DNA of 60,728 bases, counting the filler. It is 7 parts of 7 records of this genome, joined end to end, with 100 filler letters (N's around TTAATTAATTAA, not from the genome) between each part and the next. Parts side by side here need not be neighbours in the genome. Positions count along the whole stretch, not along the records: positions 10,420 to 17,347 come from SRR31147125_43026; positions 17,448 to 27,573 come from SRR31147125_43033; 5 more parts are not named here. One strand, written 5' to 3'. A program made the position numbers and the translations under genes. Position 1 is the first letter of the stretch; every line of letters begins with the position of its first letter. Positions 10,730 to 20,599 of this stretch are shown one piece after another. Below the pieces are notes generated by a model, which was not told the origin of the DNA, did no database searches, and saw only the letters and a program-made list of their open reading frames with translations.

Positions 10730-11767
10730 ATGAAAAATTCACCATATCGCTTGTTGATCATGATCATGCTTTTTTGGGCCGTGGGAGGCCCAGCGGCCCA
10801 GGCCCGCCAGATCACCGACATGGCCGGGCGCAAGGTCACCGTTCCGGATGTCATCCACAAAGTCTACGGCACCTCGCCGCCGGCCACGCTGATGGTCTAT
10901 GCCATGGACCCCGGCCTGGTGGCCGGCCTGAACATGCCCATCAAGCCCGCCGACCAGCCTTACCTGGATCCGCGCATGACGGCGCAGCCCGTGATCGGTG
11001 GGTGGTTCGGCCAGGGGCGCGTCACCAATCTGGAAACCCTTCTGGCGCTGCAACCGGATATCATCCTGGTCTGGTGGTGGTCCCACTCGGCCATGGACGA
11101 AAAAATGGCCCGGACCCTGGAGCCATTGGGCATTCCGGTGGTCTACATGGCGCTGGACCGGCTGGACGACTATCCCAAGGCCTTCGATTTCTTGGGCATC
11201 TTGTTGAGCCGTGAAGCGCGGGCCCGGGACCTTGGATGCTACGCCCAAGCCGCCATCGACGAGGCCACCCGGGTGCGCGACGCCATTCCGGCCGACAAAA
11301 GGGTGTCGGTCTATTATGCCGAAGACGCGGATGGGTTGAGTACCGAGTGCCATGCCTCGATACATGCCGAGCTGATCGCCCTGAGTGGCGGCGAGAATGT
11401 CCATCGCTGTATTCAGAAGACCCGCATCGGCAAACAGAAAATTTCCATGGAACAGGTTCTTAATTACGACCCTCAAGCGATCGTCTTCTATGATAACGCC
11501 TTCTACAAGCGAATGACAGACGACCTAAAATGGCAGAACATCCGCGCGGTACGGGAAGGCCGAGTCTACCGAATTCCCACGCGGCCCTTCAACTGGTTTG
11601 ACCGGCCGCCTTCCTTCATGCGCCTGTTGGGTCTAAAATGGATGATGCACAAGCTCTATCCGCAGGTCTATCCCATCAACATCGTCACCGAGACCCGATC
11701 CTTTTATCGGCTTTTCCTCAATGTGAAACTGGATGATGCCGCGGCACAGGAGTTGCTGCAACCATGA
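10730..11767 (+). CDS. ABC transporter substrate-binding protein, iron-siderophore/cobalamin family
   Basis: Signal peptide; ITDMAGRKV; NLETLLALQPD; PFNWFDRPPS. Confidence 0.9.
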   Translation: MKNSPYRLLIMIMLFWAVGGPAAQARQITDMAGRKVTVPDVIHKVYGTSPPATLMVYAMDPGLVAGLNMPIKPADQPYLDPRMTAQPVIGGWFGQGRVTNLETLLALQPDIILVWWWSHSAMDEKMARTLEPLGIPVVYMALDRLDDYPKAFDFLGILLSREARARDLGCYAQAAIDEATRVRDAIPADKRVSVYYAEDADGLSTECHASIHAELIALSGGENVHRCIQKTRIGKQKISMEQVLNYDPQAIVFYDNAFYKRMTDDLKWQNIRAVREGRVYRIPTRPFNWFDRPPSFMRLLGLKWMMHKLYPQVYPINIVTETRSFYRLFLNVKLDDAAAQELLQP

Positions 11768-12777
11768 AGCGATCCACCGTGATACCGATCCTCGCAGTTG
11801 TTGTCGGGCTAACGGCGCTGGTTTCTCTTACCCTGGGTCGCTACCCGGTGGGACTGGTCGACCTTTCCCGCTTCTTCGGCATCCCCTTTTTCCATGGTCC
11901 GGCCGTGTCGGAGCGTGAGCTGCAGATTATCAAAAACATCCTTTTCGACATTCGGCTGCCGCGGGTTGCAGCCGCCATGCTGATCGGGGCGTGCCTGTCG
12001 GTTTCCGGCGCGGTCTTTCAATCCATGTTCATCAATCCCCTGGTTTCGCCGGGCCTGCTAGGGGTACTGGCCGGTGCGTCCTTTGGGGCTGCCGTGGGCA
12101 TGATCCTCGCCGGCAGCTGGTGGGTGGTACAGGCCAGTGCCTTCTCCTTTGGGTTGATCGCCGTGCTGGCGTCGCTGGGCATGTCGGCGCTTAACCGTGG
12201 AGACCGACTGTTAATGCTGATCCTGGGGGGCATCATCAGCGGTGCGCTGTTTACCTCATTGTTGTCGGTGGTCAAATATCTGGCCGACCCCTACGAACAG
12301 CTGCCCGCCATTGTCTACTGGCTCATGGGCGGCCTTTCGGCGGTTGACCGGGCGACAGTGTCGGCCGCCTGTGGTCCTATGGCCGTCGGCATCCTCGTTC
12401 TCGTGCTGCTCGCCGGTTATCTCAATGTGCTCAGCATGGGGGATGAAGAAGCCCGCGCCCTGGGGATCAACGTAGCATTGCTGCGTATCGTGTTCATTTT
12501 TCTGGCCACCGTGATCAGCGCCCTGACCGTGGTTCTGGGCGGTATGATCGGCTGGGTGGGGCTGCTGATTCCCCACATCGCCCGCATGCTGGTCGGGCCG
12601 GACAACCGTATCCTGGTTCCGGCCTCCGCCCTGATCGGCGCCACGTATCTGTTGATCGCCGACAACATCGCCCGATTGCTGTTCAGTGTTGAAATTCCCA
12701 TCGGTATTCTGACCTCGCTGGCTGGGATCCCCTTTTTCGCCTTTGTACTGGGCAGAACCCGGAAAAAATGGAACTGA
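11764..12777 (+). CDS. FecCD/BtuC-family ABC permease
   Basis: IRLPR; FINPLVSPGLLGV; GDEEARALG; IGWVGLLIPHIAR. Confidence 0.92.
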   Translation: MKRSTVIPILAVVVGLTALVSLTLGRYPVGLVDLSRFFGIPFFHGPAVSERELQIIKNILFDIRLPRVAAAMLIGACLSVSGAVFQSMFINPLVSPGLLGVLAGASFGAAVGMILAGSWWVVQASAFSFGLIAVLASLGMSALNRGDRLLMLILGGIISGALFTSLLSVVKYLADPYEQLPAIVYWLMGGLSAVDRATVSAACGPMAVGILVLVLLAGYLNVLSMGDEEARALGINVALLRIVFIFLATVISALTVVLGGMIGWVGLLIPHIARMLVGPDNRILVPASALIGATYLLIADNIARLLFSVEIPIGILTSLAGIPFFAFVLGRTRKKWN

Positions 12778-13000
12778 CGATGAAGCGCTTTTTTAAAAAT
12801 CATGCGTTCAACCAATTGCCGGTTCAGGCGTAGGTGGGCGTGAACATCCATTCCCCCTCCCCCGCAGCCCCCAATCGGCTGCCCGTGGGGGCCGGCCTGA
12901 AATGGCTGGAGTGGGACTACATCCGGGCCAACGACCTGGAAACGGCCAATGCCGAGATCGACCGTGTCCTTCTGCCCGCCGTTCATCAAAGGAGAGGCCG

Positions 13001-13840
13001 ATGAACCTGATCACCGTCAATCACGTCACCTACGGCTATAACCGGCACCCGGTGCTGAGTGACATCTCACTCGCTCTTATGCCGGGAGAAGTCGTATCCC
13101 TGTTGGGCCCCAACGGCAGCGGCAAAACCACATTGCTCAAGGTTTTGTTGGGCCTGCTTACGCCCCGGCAGGGAGACGTAAGACTGGAGAAGCACCCGGT
13201 GGGCACCATTGCCCCCAAAACGATGGCCCGGCGCATCGCCTATGTGCCTCAGATCCACCGGGCCTCATTTGGCTACCGGGTGCTGGATGTCGTTCTGATG
13301 GGGCGCATGCCCCACAAACCGTTTTTCTTCCGTTACGGTCAAACCGACGAAGCCATCGCCATGCAGGCCCTGGAACGGCTCTCCATCGACCATCTCAAGA
13401 ACCGATCATATACCGCGGTCAGCGGCGGTGAGCGACAATTGGTGCTGATCGCCCGTGCCCTGGTCCAGGGGGCCGATATCTTTATCATGGACGAGCCGGT
13501 CAACGGCCTGGATTATGGCAACCAAATCCGCCTGCTGGGTCGCATCGCCGACCTGGCCCGCGATGGATACACCGTTATCAAGACCACCCATTTCCCGGAT
13601 CACGCGCTGTGGATTTCGGATCGCGTAGTCATGCTCAAGGGGGGACGGGTCGTCGCCGACGGCCGCACCAGCGACGTCATTTCCCGCACCAACCTCCACC
13701 GTCTCTATAACACCCGCGTGAATGTGCTCGATTTGGACGAAGGCTGTCGGATATGCGTCCCCGAAGCCTTGAAACGGTTCGGCGGTCAGTCGACGGGAGA
13801 CAACCCAAGCATGGTCGAGCTGGCACGGGTGGCCGGTTGA
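13001..13840 (+). CDS. ABC transporter ATP-binding protein (FecE/BtuD-like)
   Basis: GPNGSGKTT; VSGGERQ; IMDEP; AGGAGAGG RBS before ATG 13001. Confidence 0.92.
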   Translation: MNLITVNHVTYGYNRHPVLSDISLALMPGEVVSLLGPNGSGKTTLLKVLLGLLTPRQGDVRLEKHPVGTIAPKTMARRIAYVPQIHRASFGYRVLDVVLMGRMPHKPFFFRYGQTDEAIAMQALERLSIDHLKNRSYTAVSGGERQLVLIARALVQGADIFIMDEPVNGLDYGNQIRLLGRIADLARDGYTVIKTTHFPDHALWISDRVVMLKGGRVVADGRTSDVISRTNLHRLYNTRVNVLDLDEGCRICVPEALKRFGGQSTGDNPSMVELARVAG

Positions 13841-13867
13841 CCGAAGCATCAGCAACAAGGGAGTGAA

Positions 13868-14668
13868 ATGGAACAACGTCAATCGAAAATGGAGCAGATC
13901 GTGCGTAAAATTGCCCCCTTGATCGTCATCCTGGTCGCTGTCGCGGCACCGCCTGGTCGGGGCGGGGAGCAAACCGTGGAAACAAAGGTCGAACAGCCGG
14001 TACAACAGGCCGTATGCCTTCGAAAGCAAACACGCCGTGAGGAGACCGCCTGGCAGGACCGGCGGGACAGGCTTCTGGCCAAGGTCGAGCGCATGCAAAA
14101 GGAACAGGCCGCACTGTCCGCGCGCCGAACGCGCCTGCAGGCTGAAAAAAGCGCCACCCAGGCGCGTATCACCGAAAAGACCACCCGGCTGGCCCGTATC
14201 GATCAGATTTCAGAACAGATCGATCCATTTCTACATGAACTGCTGACCCGGCTGAATCGCCTGGTCGCCGGGGACCTGCCGTTTCTGACTGCCGAGCGGC
14301 AAGGTCGCCTGGCCGACCTGGCGCACATGCTGGCGGACCCGGAGGTCAACCAGAGCGAACGCCTTCGCAAGCTGATGGAGGCCCTGATGGTCGAACTCGA
14401 ATACGGACAGACCATCGAAGCCACCCGCGAAACCATCGATATCAACGGCGAGCCCACACTGGTGGATGTCTTCCGCCTGGGCCGGATGGCCCTCTTCTAC
14501 CAGCATCTGGACGGCGGCGCCTGCGGCTTTTTCAACATCGCCGAGCGGGAGTGGCAGCCCCTGCCCGACCAGTATCAGGGGCCGATTCTGGCGGCCAAGG
14601 AGATCGGCGCCAAACGGCGGCCGGTGGAATTGCTGAGTCTGCCCATAGGGAAAATCGAAGTTCAATGA
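13868..14668 (+). CDS. DUF3450-family protein (TonB-system associated)
   Basis: Signal segment, coiled coil, DLPF..ER..RL, E.EYG, FRLGR; lies upstream of exbB genes. Confidence 0.8.
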   Translation: MEQRQSKMEQIVRKIAPLIVILVAVAAPPGRGGEQTVETKVEQPVQQAVCLRKQTRREETAWQDRRDRLLAKVERMQKEQAALSARRTRLQAEKSATQARITEKTTRLARIDQISEQIDPFLHELLTRLNRLVAGDLPFLTAERQGRLADLAHMLADPEVNQSERLRKLMEALMVELEYGQTIEATRETIDINGEPTLVDVFRLGRMALFYQHLDGGACGFFNIAEREWQPLPDQYQGPILAAKEIGAKRRPVELLSLPIGKIEVQ

Positions 14669-14669
14669 C

Positions 14670-14791
14670 AACGGTTCCGCAAAAAGGACGATATCGGCGT
14701 TAAGCCTCACCCTCTTCACTGCGGAATACGATTTGGTCGCCTCATGCCTCGGGGGTCGCAAGCCTTGATCTCGACTTTTTTACGAACCCTT
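14670..14791. repeat. ~120-bp dispersed palindromic intergenic element, copy 1
   Basis: Imperfect terminal inverted repeats GGTTCCGCAAAAAG...CTTTTTTACGAACC; core shared with copy at 16877-16998. Confidence 0.75.
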
Positions 14792-14819
14792 CTGAAAAAC
14801 GGATTGTGAAGGTTCAATA

Positions 14820-16268
14820 ATGAAAAACCTACTTTCTTATCTATTGATCGTCTTGTGCTTGATGCTGATTCATGGCGTTCCGTGCATGGCCGAGGATATG
14901 CGCACGCTTCGGCTCCGTGCCAGGCAGAAGCGGCAGGCGCTGGAGCAGAAGGCGGCCGCCGAACAGGAGGCGGCCCGCGAAGAGGCCGCCCGCATGCGGG
15001 ATAAAATTCTCACTGACCAGACCGCTCTGGAGCGACTGGTGACCGATCTCAAGACCCGGAACCAGACCCTTCACCGGGAATCGGACCTTCTGGAAAAGGC
15101 CGTTAAGACCTTGAATGAAACGGAGGCGTTGCTGGGCAAACAGCTGGCCGACGCGGACAGCATGGTACGGGAACTGGTGGGGGTCCTGCGCATCAGCGCC
15201 CGCGATCTTTCCGACCTGATCGACGGCAATCTTCAGACAGCGCTGAAGAAGCAGGAAACCGATGGCTTGCAGGGTCTTGCGGACCAGACCGTCTTTCCGG
15301 GGATGGCCGATATCCGCCGCATGGTCGATCTTTTCTTCGAGCAGATCAGCGCCACCGGCGACGTGTGCCTGGCCCCGGGAACCATCGTGAACCGCGATGG
15401 CCGCCGGACCCGGGCCGATATTCTCAGCGTGGGCTGCTTCAGCGCCGCCTACCGAAGCGGCAAAGAGATCGGATTCCTCGGCTATACGCCTTCCGAAAAA
15501 CAGCTCTACGCCCTCTCCCGACTGCCGTCCGGCTGCCGGCAGCGCCAGATCCGGCGGTATATGGAAGGCACGGCCGACGCCGTGCCGCTGGATCTGTCAC
15601 GCGGCGGCGCCCTGGAACAATTGGCCCATCAGCCGAACCTGCGGCGGCAAATCATTGCCGGCGGGCCGCTGGTCTGGCCCATTCTTTCCATCCTGATGGT
15701 GGCGGCGGTCATGGTCGTCGAACGGTTGGTCTTTCTGGCACGGCGACGCCTGGACGGCCGGGAGCTGCTGCATCGCATCGACACGCTGGCGGCGAGACAG
15801 GACTGGCAGGCCTGCCGGGAATTCTCCCGCCAGTTGACCCGCAAACCGGTGGCCCGGGTGGTGGCGGCAGGCCTCAAATACTGCCAGTCCCCGCGCAAGG
15901 CCATGGAAGATGCCCTGCAGGAAGCCATTTTAAAAGAAATCCCGCCCATGGAACGCTTCCTTGCCGCGCTGGGCGTACTGGCCGCTATCGCGCCGCTGCT
16001 GGGTCTTCTGGGCACGGTTACCGGCATGATCGACACCTTTCAGGAGATCACCCGGCACGGTACCGGTGATCCGCGGCTGATGTCCGGCGGAATTTCCGTG
16101 GCCCTGGTCACGACCATGCTGGGACTCTCCGTGGCCATTCCGATCATGCTGGCCCACACATTGATCGGCCGAACCGTGGACAACCGCATCGGAGAACTGG
16201 AAGAAAACGCCGTGGCCCTGGTCAACATCGTCCACAAAGGCCAGGATACCGATGCTTGCCTGGATTGA
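14820..16268 (+). CDS. Large MotA/TolQ/ExbB proton-channel protein with N-terminal coiled coil (TtpC-like)
   Basis: APLLGLLGTVTGMI; GDPRLMSGGISVALVTT. Confidence 0.88.
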   Translation: MKNLLSYLLIVLCLMLIHGVPCMAEDMRTLRLRARQKRQALEQKAAAEQEAAREEAARMRDKILTDQTALERLVTDLKTRNQTLHRESDLLEKAVKTLNETEALLGKQLADADSMVRELVGVLRISARDLSDLIDGNLQTALKKQETDGLQGLADQTVFPGMADIRRMVDLFFEQISATGDVCLAPGTIVNRDGRRTRADILSVGCFSAAYRSGKEIGFLGYTPSEKQLYALSRLPSGCRQRQIRRYMEGTADAVPLDLSRGGALEQLAHQPNLRRQIIAGGPLVWPILSILMVAAVMVVERLVFLARRRLDGRELLHRIDTLAARQDWQACREFSRQLTRKPVARVVAAGLKYCQSPRKAMEDALQEAILKEIPPMERFLAALGVLAAIAPLLGLLGTVTGMIDTFQEITRHGTGDPRLMSGGISVALVTTMLGLSVAIPIMLAHTLIGRTVDNRIGELEENAVALVNIVHKGQDTDACLD

Positions 16269-16886
16269 CGCCGCGCTGCCCGAATTGGGGGATCTTTTGC
16301 CGCCGGCGGGATGATCATGCTGCCGCTGATGATGCTCTGTCTGTTGATGTGGCTACTGATCACCGAACGGATTCTCTTTTTCCGGCGCCTTAACCGCCAA
16401 GGGATCGACCAACGGGCCGTCTGGGATCATATCCGGACCGAACGCGAGCCCGATCCCCGGCAGTATGGCGGCGTCATGGCCCTGGTTGTAGCCGAATTCA
16501 CACGTCGCCGCGGCACCAACCGCGCCATGGACCGTATGATCCTTGAGGAAACCCTGATGACGCTTAAAAGGCGCCTGACCGCCCGGCTGGCCATGATCGG
16601 CGTACTGGTGGCCATTGCCCCGCTGCTGGGCCTTTTAGGAACGGTCACCGGTATGATGACCACCTTCGACGTGCTGGCCATTTTTGGTACCGGCAATGCC
16701 AAGGCCATGGCCGACGGCATCTCCGAGGCCCTGATCACCACCCAGACAGGCCTGCTGGTGGCTATTCCGGGGCTTGTCATGAAGGTGCTTCTGGACCGCC
16801 AGGCCCATGGCCTGCGTCAGACGTTCAGCGCCGCCGGGTATTATCTGGGACGGCATCTGGACGGACACGAACGGCCGAATTCGTAG
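16252..16886 (+). CDS. exbB: MotA/TolQ/ExbB family protein (frameshift at T4 run 16295-16298)
   Basis: APLLGLLGTVTGM; ISEALITTQTGL; adding one T gives MLAWIDAALPELGDLFAAGGMIMLPL from ATG 16252. Confidence 0.8.
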
Positions 16887-16998
16887 GAAACCCGATACCG
16901 GCGCCTGCGCGAAACCGTCGTCACTGCGGAGTACTCTATGTACACCTCATTCCTTAAGGATTCGCAAGTCTTGATCTCGCGCTTCTTACGAATCCGTT
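16877..16998. repeat. ~120-bp dispersed palindromic intergenic element, copy 2
   Basis: GAATTCGTAGGAA...TTCTTACGAATCC ends; shares GATA.CGGCG, TCACTGCGGA.TAC, CCTCAT and TCGCAAG.CTTGATCTCG with copy 1. Confidence 0.75.
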
Positions 16999-17041
16999 AA
17001 AACTGTGCTTTATTAAGAATTCATCTTCAATTGGTAAGAAA

Positions 17042-17347
17042 ATGCTCAACATCACCGCATCCCGACGCCATCGCCATCAACCCGCCGAGCTGAACATGGC
17101 GCCTTTGATCGATATGGTTTTCATTCTGCTGATCTTCTTTCTGGTGACCACCTCGTTCGTCAAGGAGACCGGCATCGATGTCAGTCGCCCCACCGCATCC
17201 ACGGCAGTCGTTAAAAACAAATCGACCATCCTGATCGCCGTCGACCCGCAGAACCGGATCTTCATGAATCAGCAGGCGATTGATGTGCGCGCCGTGCGCG
17301 CCAACATCGCCCGGGCCCTGGCGGAAAACCCGGAAGGGGCGGTGGTG
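17042..17347 (+). CDS. exbD: Biopolymer transporter ExbD, 3'-truncated
   Basis: NMAPLIDMVFILLIFFLVTTSF. Confidence 0.92.
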
Positions 17348-17447
17348 NNNNNNNNNNNNNNNNNNNNNNNNNNNNNNNNNNNNNNNNNNNNTTAATTAAT
17401 TAANNNNNNNNNNNNNNNNNNNNNNNNNNNNNNNNNNNNNNNNNNNN
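17348..17447. other. Artificial contig linker
   Basis: N44-TTAATTAATTAA-N44. Confidence 0.98.
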
Positions 17448-18280
17448 GTGTTGGTTCCGACACCCTGAATAACATGATGACCTTCTGGGCAGAAGGTTTC
17501 CGCAAGAAGTACCCGAACGTCAACATTCAGATTGAAGGCAAGGGATCCTCAACGGCTCCCCCGGCTCTGATCGAAGGCACCAGCCAGCTCGGTCCGATGT
17601 CCCGTAAGATGAAGAAGAAGGAAGTTCAGAAAGTCGAAGCCAAGTATGGTTTCAAGCCGACCACTATCGGTGTTGCTCTCGACTCCCTCGCTGTTTTCAT
17701 CAACAAGGACAATCCGATCGAGGGACTCTCTCTGCAGCAGGTTGACGCCATCTTCTCCAAGACTGGCAAAGGCGGCATGCCGACAGCCAGCACCTGGGGT
17801 GATGTTGGTCTGAAGGGTGAGTGGGCGAACAAGCCGATCAGCCTTTACGGCCGTAACTCCGCATCCGGTACCTACGGTTACTTCAAGAAGAAGGCCCTGT
17901 TCAAAGGCGACTACAAAGACAGCGTTAAAGAGCAGCCGGGCAGTGCGTCTGTTGTTCTCGGTGTCACCGAAGACAAGGCTGGGATCGGCTACTCCGGTAT
18001 CGGTTACAAGACCTCCGGCGTCAAAGCGATCTCCGTTGGTAAGAAGCAGGGCGACACCCTGTACGCGCCGAACTACAAGAATGTCATGAACGGCAAGTAC
18101 CCACTCGGCCGTATGCTCTACGTCAACGTCATCAAGGAGCCAAACAAGCCGCTTCCGACTCTGGTCAAAGAATTCCTCAAGTTCGTCCTGTCGAAAGAAG
18201 GTCAGGAAATCGTTATTAAAGACGGTTACCTGCCTCTGACTGCAGAAATTGTTAAGCAGCAACTCGCTCTGCTTGACTAA
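17448..18280 (+). CDS. pstS: Phosphate ABC transporter substrate-binding protein, 5'-truncated
   Basis: [42 protein letters not shown]. Confidence 0.93.
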
Positions 18281-18302
18281 GCTGTAAAAGACTGACAAAC
18301 GT

Positions 18303-18335
18303 AACAGGCCCTGTTCATAATGAGCAGGGCCTGTT
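18303..18335 (+). terminator. Stem-loop between pstS and pstC (mRNA-stabilising or partial terminator)
   Basis: AACAGGCCCTGTTCA-taa-TGAGCAGGGCCTGTT; no strong U tract. Confidence 0.6.
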
Positions 18336-18364
18336 GTGTCTTCAGGTAAAGTGAGAAAGCGTTT

Positions 18365-20590
18365 ATGAATCCAGCTTTTCTAAGAAGAGTCAAACGGAAT
18401 GACCGATTAGCCAGATGGGTTATTACCGTGGGCGGGATGGCTATTATTTTCAGTGTTATCTTTATCCTGATTCTAATCGCCAAAGTTTCTCTGCCCCTGT
18501 TTCTGGCTCCCGACAAAGAGGTTCACACCACATTCCAACTGGAACAGGCGGACGTCGATCAGGTCTTGGCTTTGGGCGTGGATGAATACCTGGAGACGGG
18601 CTACACCATTGACCGCTCTGGTCTGGTTCGTTTTTTTAATGTCAAGGACGGGTCGGCGCTCGATTCTCAGCAGCTGGTCAGCGACACAGATTCTGGTCAG
18701 CTGATTTCGATAGAACAGCATGGGCTCTTGAGCCATGTCCTGTCTTGGGATGATGGAAGCGTTACGATTGAGCAGGTGAAATTCTTCCCCTTTTTCGATG
18801 CAAAAAATAATAATCAGCGCAGCATCCGACATCTGATCGAGCAGAACGCGAGTTTTGCTCCTTTAGAGGGTGGGCTACCCCAAATGACTCAGGCACGGGT
18901 CAGTGAGGAAGGTCGCCAGGTGCGCGTGGACCTGTTACATTCCGGGGCCTTGCGGCTCACCATCGTGGAAGAGGAAGAGGCTCTGTTCGGTGATGGCGAG
19001 CTGATTGAAGAAACGCATCAGCTCGATACGAACGGATCAGGGACGATCAAGGCATTCACCCTGTCCAACGATGGAGTGCAACTTTACGCTGGCACCGAAA
19101 CCGGAAAGCTGTTGCGTTGGGATCTGTCGGACATTGAAGAACCTGTTCTTCTGGAAAAGATAACTGCATTTGCCGATCAGAGGGCGATCACCGCTCTGAA
19201 TATGGTTTTTGGCGATGTGTCGTTGATGGTTGGTGACAGCAGCGGCGGTGTGACGACCTGGTTCCCGGTTCGGGATGAGGACCGCGGCTGGAAGCTGACG
19301 AAAATCCACGAACTGACCGGTCACACGGGATCGGTTCGTCGCGTTGCTCCAACGCCACACGATAAATCAGTCGTCAGTTTTGCAGACGATGGTGTTCAAA
19401 TGAGCCACATGACCAGTGAGCGCTATCTGGTAGGGCTTCAGGACCCGGCGGATAAAATTATCAATTTCGCCCAATCGACCCGCGGCAACGGCGTGATCAC
19501 TCTGTCGCAGAACGGGAGTGTCAAAAGCTGGAAGCTCGACATCCCTCACCCGGAAATCAGTCTGAAAACACTCTTTGGCAAGGTCTGGTACGAAGGCTAT
19601 CCGGAACCGACCTGGGCCTGGCAGTCTTCGGCGGGAACCGATGATTACGAGCCGAAGCTGAGTCTGACCCCGCTGATTTTCGGAACCCTGAAGGGCACCT
19701 TCTACGCCATGCTGTTTGCGGTACCGCTGGCGATCTTCGGTGCGATCTACACCAGTCAGTTTGCCCGGCCAAAATTCAAGGGTGTTGTCAAGCCGGCAGT
19801 CGAGGTTATGGCGGCGATTCCGACGGTTATCATCGGTTTTCTGGCTGCACTGTGGTTGGCGCCTCTGGTTGAGCGATCCCTCGGGTCGATGTTTCTCAGC
19901 ATGATCCTGATTCCCGCAGCTCTGATGATCAGCATCGCACTGTGGCAGGCCGCGCGGAAAATTGAACCGCTCAAACGGGTTGAACGCGGGTTTGAATTTC
20001 TGGCCATTGCCCCCGTTGTTATTCTTGCTGTCGCGATTGCATCGGTTCTCGGTCCGGGACTCGAAGACTGGCTGTTTGCCGGTGATCTCAAGCAGTGGCT
20101 GTTCAATGAAACAGGCACCCGTTACGATCCGCGAAACTGTATCATCATCGCCTTTGCCATGGGTTTTGCGGTGATTCCGATCATTTTTACCATCTCTGAA
20201 GATTCCCTGTCCAATGTGCCGCCGAGTCTCAAGGCAGCATCATTGGCTCTCGGCGCGAGTCGCTGGCAGACCGTCTGGCGGGTCATTCTGCCGTCAGCCA
20301 GTCCCGGGATTTTCGCCGGGACCATGATCGGTTTCGGTCGTGCAGTAGGTGAAACGATGATCGTGTTGATGGCGACCGGGAATACGGCGATTATGGACCT
20401 GAGTATTTTTAATGGCATGCGTCCACTGTCCGCGAACATCGCGGTTGAGATTCCGGAGGCACCGGTTGACGGGTCTCTGTATCGCACCCTGTTTTTGTCC
20501 GCGGTCATTCTGTTTGTCATGACCTTTGTTGTGAATACGGTCGCTGAGATTGTACGACAGCGACTGAGGGCCAAATACGGCCGCTTTTAG
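18365..20590 (+). CDS. pstC: Phosphate ABC permease PstC, long form with beta-propeller-like periplasmic domain
   Basis: WQSSAGTDDYEPKLSLTPLIFGTLKG; ALGASRWQT; GRAVGETMIVLMATGN. Confidence 0.9.
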   Translation: MNPAFLRRVKRNDRLARWVITVGGMAIIFSVIFILILIAKVSLPLFLAPDKEVHTTFQLEQADVDQVLALGVDEYLETGYTIDRSGLVRFFNVKDGSALDSQQLVSDTDSGQLISIEQHGLLSHVLSWDDGSVTIEQVKFFPFFDAKNNNQRSIRHLIEQNASFAPLEGGLPQMTQARVSEEGRQVRVDLLHSGALRLTIVEEEEALFGDGELIEETHQLDTNGSGTIKAFTLSNDGVQLYAGTETGKLLRWDLSDIEEPVLLEKITAFADQRAITALNMVFGDVSLMVGDSSGGVTTWFPVRDEDRGWKLTKIHELTGHTGSVRRVAPTPHDKSVVSFADDGVQMSHMTSERYLVGLQDPADKIINFAQSTRGNGVITLSQNGSVKSWKLDIPHPEISLKTLFGKVWYEGYPEPTWAWQSSAGTDDYEPKLSLTPLIFGTLKGTFYAMLFAVPLAIFGAIYTSQFARPKFKGVVKPAVEVMAAIPTVIIGFLAALWLAPLVERSLGSMFLSMILIPAALMISIALWQAARKIEPLKRVERGFEFLAIAPVVILAVAIASVLGPGLEDWLFAGDLKQWLFNETGTRYDPRNCIIIAFAMGFAVIPIIFTISEDSLSNVPPSLKAASLALGASRWQTVWRVILPSASPGIFAGTMIGFGRAVGETMIVLMATGNTAIMDLSIFNGMRPLSANIAVEIPEAPVDGSLYRTLFLSAVILFVMTFVVNTVAEIVRQRLRAKYGRF

Positions 20591-20599
20591 GATGTGAAG

